Shown here piece by piece: positions 30,872 to 41,657 of a DNA stretch of 64,000 nucleotides (within the stretch, counting starts at the first letter, position 1; the number at the start of each line of letters is the position of its first letter). The DNA is from Waterburya sp. Its GTDB lineage: Bacteria > Cyanobacteriota > Cyanobacteriia > Cyanobacteriales > Xenococcaceae. The position numbers and the translations under genes were made by a program. The notes below the pieces were generated by a model. That model did no database searches. It saw nothing but the letters and a program-made list of their open reading frames with translations, and was not told the DNA's origin. The stretch lies in contig CBDCJV010000002.1 of NCBI GenBank assembly GCA_965217895.1, positions 2,784,001-2,848,000 of the forward strand, written 5' to 3'.

Positions 30872-30978
30872 ATGAGATATTAGATTGGTTTTTAGCTGTC
30901 AGTTTTTAGTTCTTAGTTTCGAGTTGTCTTTCTCGTCCCCCTAATTCCCTATTCCCTACCCTTTATTCTTTTTGCTTC

Positions 30979-32590
30979 TTAGTTTTGTTTTGCTGTTTGC
31001 AAAAATTCTGGCTCTATCCAGCGATTTAAGTCGATTTTACCTAAATGTTTGGTTGTGGGAATTAATTTGAGTTGAGCGATATGGCTTTCTAGCCAATCTT
31101 GACGGATTTGCCAATCGGTTATGAATAGATTTGAAGTCTCTGTTTGAGTAGAACTGAGAATACTTGCTAGAATTTGCGGCTTAATTTTTGTCCACTGGCT
31201 TACTAGAGAAAAGGCTGAGGGGTTGTTAGCTAGCCAATATTGAGCAGCCATCAAGGCTTTGAGATAACCAACTACTATTTCGGGATATCCTTCGGCAAAA
31301 GAGTGGCGCACTACTACACCATAAAATCCTGGTAAGCTACTGGCATTTTCGTCTTTTAAGTATTTAAAATTGCCGCGCTCGCTCGCTAGTTGGTGAAACG
31401 GTGAAAAATAAGCATATCCTGCCGCTATTTCTGGCTGTAGTGGTGCTTGAATCAGAGAATTTTTCAGAGGAAAAAGCTGTACTTGGGAAAGCAAATTGAG
31501 ATTGGATAAAGTTCTGAGTAACATTCCATGAGCCGAAGAACCAAAAGGTAGTGCCACGGTTTGTCCCTGCAAATCCTCAACAGTTTCCAGTTTTGATGTT
31601 TGAGGAACGATAATCGCACTGCCTTCGCCATTGGGAGCGATGGCAACAAAGCTGACTAGCAGAGTAGGTTCAAATTGCTCATTATCACGTTGAGTCGCAC
31701 TTTCAAGTAGGGGATAGTCTCCTAATATGCCAATATCTAATCTTTTTGAATGTAATCCTTTGACAATTGGCGTTCCCAAAGAAAAATCATGCCAGCGAAG
31801 CTCGTATTTGACTTGACTATATCGTCCAGTGCGGGGTAAAAAATGTTCGAGCAATCCCAAACGCTGCACGATTAATCCTGCTGTAACGGCAGGAATTGTT
31901 ACGTTTTGAATGCCAAGATTAATAGCAATAGTTTCTTGAGAAGATTGTGAGCGATTTACATAGCAACCAGGCGATCGCATTTTGGGAAACGGCAAGGAAG
32001 AATCAAGCTTATTGGTTTGGTTTGTAGGAGTAGAAAGCAAAGCCAGAAATCTATTAACCTGATTGTCGAGGGAGCTTTTGCTCAGTTGCGACTGAGATAC
32101 ATAGATTGCTGCTGCTAGAGCAAATTCTTGGAGAGTAATTGAGGTTAATATTTGCGAATCTAACTCTGCTTGAAATTCTAGATTAGAAGCAAATCCTAGG
32201 TAATTGCCTTGAGTAAGATAAGTTCGCATCAAACCAATTGTATCTACAGTCTCTAAGCGGGGAAAATCGGTTAGTTTTAAACCTAATTCTGACAGTCGAG
32301 ATTCAAAAACTTGACGGCTGGCAAAGCGATCGCTTAACAACACCAAAGGTTTTTGTTTGATATCTGCAAGAGAGAGCCAATTTTTTTTAGTTAGAGGTTG
32401 ACTGGATGCAGCTAATAAACCGTATTGAATAGTAGTAATTTCCTGCTGCCAAATTTCAGGACAATCGATAAATTTAGTTTCGTCAAAGCTAAGGTCAATA
32501 ATACCTTGGCTAACTGCTTGGCACAGTAATTTGCGATCGCTAAAAAGTTTTAATTGAGTTTCAATCTCAGGATATTTTTGTCGATAAGCC
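30979..32590 (-). pseudogene. LysR effector domain fused to an SsuA/NrtA-type substrate-binding domain; HTH deleted
   Basis: Homology begins at AYRQKYPEIE (LysR effector domain). The C-terminal half resembles the SBP at 37328. The annotated N-terminus is antisense of the flavoprotein gene. Confidence 0.75.
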
Positions 32591-34198
32591 GAAGTATTAA
32601 TTTTAGAAAAAGCTAATATACGACGTAGTGGCGCGATCGCCATGGGGATGGATGGAGTTAATACCGCAGTCATTCCAGGTAACTCTACTGCCGAACAATA
32701 TGTCCGCGAAATTACTATTGCTAACGATGGCATCCTTAATCAAAAAGCAGTTTATCAGACGGGAAACTTAGGCTACGAAGTCATTCAAGAGTTGGATAGT
32801 TGGGGGGTTAAGTTTCAAAAAGATACTTACGGTAACTACGACTTAAAACAGGTTCATCGCGTTGGTAAATACGTTCTGCCAATGCCTGAAGGTAAAGATC
32901 TTAAAAAAATTCTCACTCGTCAGGTTAAAAAGCATAAAGCCAAAGTTACCAATCGCGTGATGGCAACCCGCGTCATGGTCAAAGATGGTAGAGCGATCGG
33001 CGCAGTGGGTTTTGATGTCCGCAATGGCGATTTTGTGGTCATTCAGGCTAAAGCAGTCGTTCTCAGTACGGGAGCTTGTGGTAGATTGGGACTACCAGAA
33101 TCGGGGTATCTCTACGGCACTTATGAAAACCCCACTAACGCTGGTGATGGCTATTCGATGGCGTATCATGCAGGTGCAGAATTAACCAACATTGAATGCT
33201 TTCAAATTAATCCCCTGATCAAAGATTACAATGGTCCTGCTTGTGCATACGTTGCTAGTCCCTTTGGGGCATACACGGCTAATGCTGAAGGACACCGCTT
33301 CGTTAATTGCGACTACTGGAGTGGTCAAATGATGCTAGAGGTTTGGAAAGAGTTACACTCTGGCAAAGGTCCAATCCAGCTAAAAATGACCCATTTAGAT
33401 GAAGATACCATCTCCGAAATTGAAACGATCTTGTGGGCAAATGAGCGTCCTAGTCGAGAAAGATTTCATCAAAACAGAGGGGAAAACTACCGCACTCACG
33501 GGGTAGAAATGCACATTTCCGAAATCGGCTTGTGTAGCGGACATAGTGCTTCGGGAGTCTGGGTTAATGAAAAAGCCGAAACCACAGTAACAGGACTGTA
33601 CGCTGCGGGAGATATGGCTTCTGTTCCTCATAACTACATGATTGGGGCTTTTGTTTTCGGTCGTCTTGCGGGCATCAATGCGATGGAATACGTGGCAGAT
33701 GTAGAATATTTAGAACCCGATGCCGATTGGTTGGCAGCAGAAAAAGAGCGCATTTATAAACCGATGCAAAACCCTGATGGTGTCCCTCACACCCAGGTTG
33801 AATACAAACTGCGCCGTATTGTTAATGACTATTTACAACCGCCCAAAAATCCCCACAAAATGGAAATTGGCTTAAATAAATTTGTCAACTACTACGACAG
33901 TTTGAACATCATGGGAGCTAGAGATCCTCACGAATTAATGCGCTGTATGGAAGTTCATTTTATTCGCGACTGCGCGGAAATGGCAGCCAGAGCTTCTCTC
34001 TATCGTAAAGAAAGCCGTTGGGGTTTATATCACTATCGCATCGATTATCCAGAGAAAAACAATGAAGAGTGGTTTTGTCACGTCAATATAAAGAAAGAAG
34101 CTGACAACATGACTCTCTTTAAGCGTCCTGTAGAACCTTATATTGTCGATGTCAATTTAGAGCAAGAAGTCTACGACGTAAAAGTGACTACAGCGTAG
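32588..34198 (+). pseudogene. AprA/AsfA-like fumarate reductase/SDH-family flavoprotein, 5'-truncated
   Basis: Frame begins AEVLILEKANIRRSGAIAMGMDG right after TAA (32585-87); N-terminal GxGxxG FAD motif absent; STGACGR, GLYAAGD, RKESRWG present. Confidence 0.8.
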
Positions 34199-34332
34199 AA
34201 AAATTGCTTGCTGATAACAAATTATTGGCTACGAGCGCGATCGCATACGCATTTACAAACAATCGATAACGCAACCATCGCATTTGGCAAACAGCCGTTT
34301 GCTCTTAGCAAAACACAAATTAACCGAAAAAT

Positions 34333-34560
34333 ATGGCTTTAACTACTCAACGCGCTGACGTTCCTGTAATTGTAGACGAATCTAAATGTTTAGAAAAATG
34401 TCGTGCTTGCATTGAAGTTTGTCCTTTAGATGTCTTGGCAAAGAATCCAGAAACAGGCAAAGCTTACATGAAATATGACGAATGCTGGTTTTGTTTGCCT
34501 TGTGAAAAAGAATGTCCGATAAATGCGATTACGGTACAAATTCCTTTTTTATTGAGGTAA
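34333..34560 (+). CDS. Dicluster-type Fe-S ferredoxin (AprB/AsfB-like)
   Basis: CLEKCRACIEVCP and CWFCLPCEKECP. Confidence 0.92.
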   Translation: MALTTQRADVPVIVDESKCLEKCRACIEVCPLDVLAKNPETGKAYMKYDECWFCLPCEKECPINAITVQIPFLLR

Positions 34561-34770
34561 ATGATCGCCTACTTGACCAACTGTTAGAGCAGAAAGAACT
34601 TGTCCAAGCGGAGTAGATGCGGCTATATGCGGAGCGGTGACGCGAAGCTAATCATGCACGGAATCCTTTAGGAAAGCCTTTCTGTCAAGCGGGATGCGGT
34701 ATCCCTGATAGACGGCTAGGCTACGCCAATCGAGGTTATCTCTGACTATTTTAAAATTAGGATTATTTTC

Positions 34771-35739
34771 ATGTACGACGATATAAATGACGAATTGAAA
34801 CCATGGGTGGAAATGCTTCAGTCAACAGAAGTTGAAGATCGCTTGGTAGCAGTCAAGACTTTGCAACACATTGGAGACGAAGAGGCAATTATGCCTTTAA
34901 TTCAGGCTTTACAAGATGAAAATACGACTGTCCAAAAGCTTGCCATAACTGGTATTTGGGAACTTAACAATCCCATCGCCATCAAACCATTGATGACCTG
35001 TTTGCGATCGCCTAATGAAGAAGTCAGAAAAGAAGCATTATCGGCATTAAAAGAATTAATTGCACCAGCAGATCTCATGATGCTTCTAGATGCGGTTCAA
35101 GAAGACAACTTTTATATGCAGCTTAATGTATTAATTCTGCTGCGAAAGATACACGACGCGCAAGCATTACCTTATGTATTACCGTTTTTTGAATCGTCGA
35201 GAGATGAACTACGAGAAGCAGCTATTACTACCCTGCGCTACCTCAATCAGGTAGAAACCTGTCCCCCTGCTTTAGCTTTGATGAATGATAAAGCTCCAAA
35301 AGTGCGCCGAGAAGCCACTTTAACTTTAGGTCATCTAAAAGATGAGTCAGTAGTTAAACTACTTTGTCAAGCTTTAACCGACGACCCTGATTGGCAAGTA
35401 CGCGGTAGGGCTGCTCAATCTCTAGCTTTACACAAAGATGCTAGTTCAGTCTCATCTTTAGCCAAAGCCTTAACAGACGAACATTGGCAAGTACGGAAAT
35501 TTACGGCTCGAACCCTGCAAGTAGTTGCCGATGAGAGCGTTACCCCTGCTTTAGTCAGATGTCTTACAGATGAGTACTCCGATATCCGTCGCGATGCGGC
35601 GATCGCACTAGGAAATATAGGCAATCGAGATGTCTTAAATGCTCTCCAGCAAACCTTAGACGACCCTGATGCCGATGTACGGATCTTCTCTCAACGGGCG
35701 ATCGATCAAATTCGAGAAACAGAAGGTGTTGCTTCATGA
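34771..35739 (+). CDS. HEAT repeat protein
   Basis: Repeated L.D...VR..AA.AL units. Confidence 0.9.
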   Translation: MYDDINDELKPWVEMLQSTEVEDRLVAVKTLQHIGDEEAIMPLIQALQDENTTVQKLAITGIWELNNPIAIKPLMTCLRSPNEEVRKEALSALKELIAPADLMMLLDAVQEDNFYMQLNVLILLRKIHDAQALPYVLPFFESSRDELREAAITTLRYLNQVETCPPALALMNDKAPKVRREATLTLGHLKDESVVKLLCQALTDDPDWQVRGRAAQSLALHKDASSVSSLAKALTDEHWQVRKFTARTLQVVADESVTPALVRCLTDEYSDIRRDAAIALGNIGNRDVLNALQQTLDDPDADVRIFSQRAIDQIRETEGVAS

Positions 35740-36767
35740 ATGACAAAGAACAACAAACGATTCAACTGCTTAAACAAATTATCGAACCAAATCTGAACAA
35801 GGACATTGTTAGTTTAGGTATGGTGCGTAACCTCAAGCTAATAGATGAGTACGTCTACCTCAAGCTGTATTTAGGTTCTCATCAATCCGATTTAAAAGAC
35901 AAAGTTTCAACTACTTTATCTACTCTCGATTGGTGCAAAAAACCTTACGTTCAAGTCTGTACTATTCCTGGGGTCAAGATTACTTTAGCAATTTCTAGCG
36001 GTAAAGGAGGAGTAGGCAAATCTACCACCTCAGTTAATTTAGCAATGGCATTAAGTCAGTCTGGGGTAAAAGTTGGCTTACTCGATGCTGATGTCTATGG
36101 ACCTAATATCCCGCAAATGCTGGGATTAAAACAGTCTGAGGTTATGGCGATTGATACTCCCCTGGGACAAAAATTTATTCCCTTAGAAGCTCATGGAATC
36201 AAAGTAATGTCTGTAGGCTCACTTGTCGAACCCGAACGTCCTTTGGCTTGGCGTGGTCCCGTGCTTCACAAAATTATTACTCAGTTTATTAATGATGTGG
36301 AATGGGGCGAATTAGACTATCTGTTAATCGATCTACCTCCAGGTACGGGAGATGCTCAAATTACCATCGTCCAAGAAAGTCCCATCTGCGGTGTAGTTAT
36401 GGTAACTACTCCCCAACAGGTAGCCCTATCTGACGTGCGACGGGGAATCTATATGTTTCGTCAAGTAGGCGTTCCCGTTTTGGGAATTGTCGAAAATATG
36501 AGTTATCTAGAAGATGCAGCAGGAAAACGTACGCCGATTTTTGGTAGCGGTGGTGGCGAACAAATTGCTCAGGAATTGTCAGCACCATTACTCGGACAAA
36601 TTCCACTCGATCCGCGTATTTGTAACGGTGGAGATGAAGGAAAGCCTATTGCTATTAGTCAACCTGATTCTTTGGCTACTCAGATATTTAACCAAATTGC
36701 CGTTGCTTTGGGTCAAACTTTTAAAATAGCTTTGAATCAGACAATTAAATCTCTAACCAAAGTTTGA
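35736..36767 (+). CDS. Mrp/NBP35 Fe-S carrier ATPase, second copy
   Basis: SSGKGGVGKST, DLPPGTGD, ENMS; ATGA overlap with the HEAT gene. Confidence 0.92.
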   Translation: MNDKEQQTIQLLKQIIEPNLNKDIVSLGMVRNLKLIDEYVYLKLYLGSHQSDLKDKVSTTLSTLDWCKKPYVQVCTIPGVKITLAISSGKGGVGKSTTSVNLAMALSQSGVKVGLLDADVYGPNIPQMLGLKQSEVMAIDTPLGQKFIPLEAHGIKVMSVGSLVEPERPLAWRGPVLHKIITQFINDVEWGELDYLLIDLPPGTGDAQITIVQESPICGVVMVTTPQQVALSDVRRGIYMFRQVGVPVLGIVENMSYLEDAAGKRTPIFGSGGGEQIAQELSAPLLGQIPLDPRICNGGDEGKPIAISQPDSLATQIFNQIAVALGQTFKIALNQTIKSLTKV

Positions 36768-37253
36768 GAGGACGAAAATTAGATGCGATCGCGAATTGCA
36801 TAAAATAGTCTCTCATATTTTGGGAGGCTATTATCAATAAGTTTTATTTGTTGCTGACCAACGTTTATTACATTCTAAAAACAAAAATTTAAAGCTCAAG
36901 GTGTATAGAGCTATTTAACATTCAAAAAATTTATTTTACTAAGTTAGAAAAATAGGTATCTTGTTCTTAATTTATTTAGAATTATATAGTAGATTATCTG
37001 ACTAATTCATAATAACAAAAAGAATGTAAAGCCAAATTAAAAGTGTTTTTGGCTTTACATTTTAACTTTTATTCAATCTTGTACAATTCAATAGCATTAA
37101 TTAATCAAGATCGAGATTCAATTGTGTTAAGAATCGTTTTTTGTGCCTAATTTACCAGATAAAAAATCAGAAAAATGTATTACAATTTCAGCAAAAACAA
37201 TATAAAAAAAATCTATTAATCTATCAATTTTTTTGTTGATTGAATTAGTGTTG

Positions 37254-37296
37254 TGTAGCTTAAATTACAAAAAGCCTAAATTTTAACTATTAAATT
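37254..37296 (+). promoter_or_regulatory. NtcA-activated class II promoter
   Basis: TGTA-GCTTAAAT-TACA (37254-37269), exactly 22 nt after TAC, then TAAATT (TAN3T, 37291-37296). Confidence 0.7.
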
Positions 37297-37327
37297 TAGA
37301 GTAACAAAAACAATATAGAAAAACACT

Positions 37328-38866
37328 ATGGTTGCTCTTAGATATCGTTCTTGGAAGAAAAAAATAGTTATAACTTTTGTATTTCTAGGCATCACAATTT
37401 TCACTAATGGGTGTACTAGTAATAGCCCTTCAGCAAAATCAGGAACAACAGATGCAGCAGAAAACTCTGGTAAAAAAGAAACAATTCGCATTTCAATTGG
37501 TACGCAGGATCAGGTAATTAATACTGCCGTAGGCGGAGCTACAGTAAGAGAATTAAAATTATTGGAAAAGCATTTACCTCATACTGGTAAATATGCCAAT
37601 GTCAAGTATGACATTCAGTGGTCGAGCTATACATCGGGACCACCGATTACCAACAAAATGCTAGCAGATCAAATTGATATTGGTCTGATGGGTGACTTTC
37701 CTGCCGCTATTAACTTGATTAAGTTTCGCGAAGCAGGAGGAGATGTCAAGTCTATTTATATCGCTACCTTAGCTTACAGTCCTAGTGGGGCGGGTAATGC
37801 GGTAGTCGTTCCTAAAGATAGCGAAGTAACTTCTCTAGCCCAGCTTAAAGGCAAAGCGGTCTCGGTTCCTTTTGGTTCTGCGGCTCACGGTATGCTATTA
37901 AAAGCTTTGAAAGATAATGGAATCGATCCAGAAAAAGATGTTCAACTAATTTCGCAAGCTCCTGAAGTAGGTGGAACGAGCCTGCGTACTGGTCAAATTG
38001 ATGCTCACGCTGACTTTGTACCTTTTGGCGAACTATTTCCCTTCCGAGGCTTTGCCAGAAAGATTTATGATGGAGCGCAAACAGGGATACCAACTTTACA
38101 TGGAATTGTCGTGCGCTCGGACTTTGCCAAAAAGTATCCAGAATTGGTGATAGCTTATCTCGAAGCCGTGTTAGAAGCCAACCAAACCTTCAGGGAACAT
38201 CCCGAAGAAACCTCAGCCAAGATTGAGGAATGGTCGGGAATTGAAAAAGAAGTAGTCTATATGTTTTTAGGTCCTTCTGGTTTACAGCCTCTCGATCCGA
38301 CAATTCGTCAGGTTAATCTAGACGCACTCAAAAACAGTATTACAACTTTGACTGAGTTGGGCAAAGTAGAAGGAAAAGTCGATCCAGCAAAGGTTACGGG
38401 ATGGGTTGACGAAAGCTATTTAAAAACAGCGATGAAAGAGATGAAGCTCGATCGCCAAAAGGTAATCGCAACAGCCGAAAACTACAAAATTACGGGTAAA
38501 GATGCTTTAACGGGAGAACCAATAGAAGATCCCAAAAAGGCTGCTCAGTTATGGATTCAAGACGAACCAACCGTGACTAACTTTGCTTCAATTGCCAACA
38601 TGATGAAAATGCTAGGACAGTTACAAAAAGAAGGAAAAGCCGCAAGCGTCATGTTTGTACACGACAAAAACAACGGTTGGAAGCTATTTGCCGAGAATTC
38701 TTACTATGTTAACAACGGCGAGGAGGTTTCCGCTTTCTTGCTCAAACAAGATGCCGACCAGTTTGCAGCTTCTTCTGGGAGTCAAGTAACGGCATTTAAG
38801 GAATTACAGCAAACCTTAGCTCAGAAAACTACACCTGCATTAGTCGGTGCTGCTGGTAAAAAATAA
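37328..38866 (+). CDS. NitT/TauT (SsuA/NrtA-like) ABC substrate-binding lipoprotein
   Basis: Lipobox-like TNGC, IGTQD, GLMGDFP, VPFGSAAHG; C-terminal extension. Confidence 0.88.
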   Translation: MVALRYRSWKKKIVITFVFLGITIFTNGCTSNSPSAKSGTTDAAENSGKKETIRISIGTQDQVINTAVGGATVRELKLLEKHLPHTGKYANVKYDIQWSSYTSGPPITNKMLADQIDIGLMGDFPAAINLIKFREAGGDVKSIYIATLAYSPSGAGNAVVVPKDSEVTSLAQLKGKAVSVPFGSAAHGMLLKALKDNGIDPEKDVQLISQAPEVGGTSLRTGQIDAHADFVPFGELFPFRGFARKIYDGAQTGIPTLHGIVVRSDFAKKYPELVIAYLEAVLEANQTFREHPEETSAKIEEWSGIEKEVVYMFLGPSGLQPLDPTIRQVNLDALKNSITTLTELGKVEGKVDPAKVTGWVDESYLKTAMKEMKLDRQKVIATAENYKITGKDALTGEPIEDPKKAAQLWIQDEPTVTNFASIANMMKMLGQLQKEGKAASVMFVHDKNNGWKLFAENSYYVNNGEEVSAFLLKQDADQFAASSGSQVTAFKELQQTLAQKTTPALVGAAGKK

Positions 38867-38938
38867 TCTACCCTTTGTCTTGTCTCTACCGACTTTCATT
38901 AGAACGTTTACTATTAATCACAATTCAAAGGCTCTAAG

Positions 38939-39787
38939 ATGACTAGCTCTTCTAAATTAACTAGAACTCCTTTGATTCAAAGTTTTCGTCAGCTAATCAA
39001 CCCAATGTTTGGGAACACTAGCACTCATAAATTGGCGCGACGTGTCTTATCTTTGATCGTCTTTTTTGGAGTTTGGCAGTTTTTATGCCAGATCAAGTTT
39101 GATTTCATTATCAAGTTTAATCTTTTACCTTCACCCATAGAAGTAGTCGCAGCTACCTGGGAATTTTTTACTAGCGATCCTTGGATTCATTTCCAGTCCA
39201 GTATTACTAGGGTGTTAATCGGTTATGCGATCGCCTCTTGTTTGGGTATTATCTTGGGGATCTTTATTGGTGCGTTTCAACAAGTTGACGATTTTTTATC
39301 GCCTCCTTTGGAATTATTGCGCCCAATTCCCGCAGTAGCCTGGATTCCTCTGGCTATTTTAATGTTTCCCACCGCCGAAGCAGGGATGATCTTTATTACC
39401 TTTATAGGGGGCTTTTTTCCCGTTTTGATTAGCACCATCAAAGGAGTAGAAAGCACCATTAATGACACGCTTTTAATTCAGGTGGGACAGTGTTTGGGGG
39501 CAAAAACCCGACATACCTTTTTAGACATTATCATTCCTGGGGCATTACCTAGCATTGCTAGTGGTTTGGTTATCGGCATGGGTAATGCCTGGTTTTGTTT
39601 GGTAACGGCAGAAATTTTGGCAGGACGCTATGGCATAGGCTATATAACCTGGGAATCTTATGTTACCTCCAACTATCCACCAATTGTCATGGGAATGCTG
39701 CTAATTGGATTGATGGGTGCTTTTAGCTCTTGGGCAGTTAGTCGTTTAACTGCTGCATTGATGCCTTGGAGAACGATTAAAAAATAA
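38939..39787 (+). CDS. NitT/TauT ABC permease
   Basis: LLRPIPAVAWIP, IIPGALPSIASG. Confidence 0.92.
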   Translation: MTSSSKLTRTPLIQSFRQLINPMFGNTSTHKLARRVLSLIVFFGVWQFLCQIKFDFIIKFNLLPSPIEVVAATWEFFTSDPWIHFQSSITRVLIGYAIASCLGIILGIFIGAFQQVDDFLSPPLELLRPIPAVAWIPLAILMFPTAEAGMIFITFIGGFFPVLISTIKGVESTINDTLLIQVGQCLGAKTRHTFLDIIIPGALPSIASGLVIGMGNAWFCLVTAEILAGRYGIGYITWESYVTSNYPPIVMGMLLIGLMGAFSSWAVSRLTAALMPWRTIKK

Positions 39788-39814
39788 GTTAATTAAGGAA
39801 TTAGTCATAAAGTT

Positions 39815-40633
39815 ATGCAGGATATTGCGGTACAAACATCAACAACGGTGCAATCAATCGAAGGGTTGGTAGAGGTAGAAGGCTTGTCGGTTAGCTTTAG
39901 CGATCGCCATCGCACCGTTAAAGTATTAGATAATATAAATTTTCAAGTAGAACCTGGTTCATTTGTTTGTGTGCTGGGACCATCTGGCTGTGGCAAATCA
40001 ACTTTACTTAATGCGATCGCTGGATTTGTTCGTCCTACAACAGGCTGTATTTCAGTAGATAATCAAACTGTAACCAAACCTGGCTCAGAGCGCGGTTTTG
40101 TTTTTCAACAGTATTCATTGCTTCCTTGGAAAACTACTACCCAAAATGTCGAATTTGGCTTGCGGATTAAAGGTATGGCAAAAAAGCAGCGACGCGAGTT
40201 AGTCGATGAATATCTCAATCGAGTCGGTTTGTACAAGCATCGTCATGCTTATCCCCACCAGCTTTCAGGAGGAATGAAGCAACGAGCTAGTATTATCAGA
40301 GCATTAGTTAATTCTCCTTCAGTTTTATTGATGGATGAACCTTTTGGCGCATTGGATGCACAAACGCGACATATGATGCAGGAACTGTTGATGGAGATTT
40401 GGAGCGATTTAAGAACTACCGTTGTTTTTGTAACTCATGATATTGAAGAGGCAGTTTTTTTAGGCGATCGCGTTTTGATTTTGGGTGTAAATCCAGGGCA
40501 TATTAAAGAAGATATTTTAGTGGACTTCAAACGTCCGCGTCACATCGATGACACCATGACACCAGAATTTGTCCAACTCAGTCGTCAAGTATTTGAAGTT
40601 ATTCGCGAAGAAACTCTGAAAAGTATGGAATAA
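39815..40633 (+). CDS. NitT/TauT ABC ATP-binding protein
   Basis: GPSGCGKST, LSGGMKQR, MDEPFGALD. Confidence 0.95.
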   Translation: MQDIAVQTSTTVQSIEGLVEVEGLSVSFSDRHRTVKVLDNINFQVEPGSFVCVLGPSGCGKSTLLNAIAGFVRPTTGCISVDNQTVTKPGSERGFVFQQYSLLPWKTTTQNVEFGLRIKGMAKKQRRELVDEYLNRVGLYKHRHAYPHQLSGGMKQRASIIRALVNSPSVLLMDEPFGALDAQTRHMMQELLMEIWSDLRTTVVFVTHDIEEAVFLGDRVLILGVNPGHIKEDILVDFKRPRHIDDTMTPEFVQLSRQVFEVIREETLKSME

Positions 40634-40790
40634 TCACAACAGCGATCGCCCAAAGTTGCTATTAAAAAATTCCTAAGTGATCGTTTTTTTTCTGCTAGGC
40701 AAACGCCAAATAGAAAAAAACATGATACCTTACTGGCTCAAAATCAGTTTCAAATAGAGACATTAAGGTAAGCGCGAGGTTGTTTATAAC

Positions 40791-41657
40791 TTGAATTTAC
40801 GCACATTAAAAACTATTGCTTATACTTGCTTTTCTCTGATAGCTTTTGCAGGAAATTCAATCCTCTGTAGATTGGCATTGGGTGAAAATAAGCTTGATGC
40901 TGCTAGTTTTACAATCATTCGTCTGCTATCTGGAATTGTGATGCTGTTCCTAATGTCAAAAATATTTAATGTTAAAAATAGCTCTACTACGAAGAGAAAT
41001 TATATCTCTTCCTGTGTGCTGTTTTTGTATGCAGTAACTTTTTCTTACGCCTATATCTCTCTAGATACTGGTACAGGAGCATTGATTTTATTTGGAGCGG
41101 TACAAATTACCATGATTTTAGCTAGTCTAACCTTTGGAAACAGACTTCAGGTTTCTGAGTGGATGGGAATAGTTACGGCATTCTCTGGGTTTGTATATTT
41201 AGTTAAGCCTAGTCTGACGACACCCTCCTTGACAGGTTTTATACTCATGACTATTTCAGGTATGGCTTGGGGAATATATACCCTTAGAGGAAAAGGTTCA
41301 AAACAACCTATTCATGATTCGGCTTCTAATTTTTTGTATACGTTTCCATTCATTCTCGCGCTATTAATTATTGAATTTAAAAACACTAACCTATCTCAGC
41401 AAGGCATTATTTTAGCTTTAGTATCAGGTGCTATAACTTCAGGAGTTGGATATACGGTTTGGTATATGGCTGTAAGGAGACTTTCTACAATGCAAGCATC
41501 TGTTGTTCAGTTGTTAGTTCCAATTATTGCTGCAACTGGTGGTGTAATATTTGCCAATGAAGTGATATCAATGCGTTTAATCCTATCGTCTATTATGATT
41601 TTTGGAGGTATTGTGTTTGTATTATTTAAGTCCAACAAGAATAATTATGAGTATTAA
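40791..41657 (+). CDS. DMT/EamA family transporter
   Basis: About 10 TMs; AFAGNSILCRLAL. Confidence 0.85.
   Translation: MNLRTLKTIAYTCFSLIAFAGNSILCRLALGENKLDAASFTIIRLLSGIVMLFLMSKIFNVKNSSTTKRNYISSCVLFLYAVTFSYAYISLDTGTGALILFGAVQITMILASLTFGNRLQVSEWMGIVTAFSGFVYLVKPSLTTPSLTGFILMTISGMAWGIYTLRGKGSKQPIHDSASNFLYTFPFILALLIIEFKNTNLSQQGIILALVSGAITSGVGYTVWYMAVRRLSTMQASVVQLLVPIIAATGGVIFANEVISMRLILSSIMIFGGIVFVLFKSNKNNYEY

Noticed and set aside
32591..32733. Annotated N-terminus of the 584-aa minus-strand ORF
   Set aside because: It is the antisense of the flavoprotein gene beyond the deletion junction
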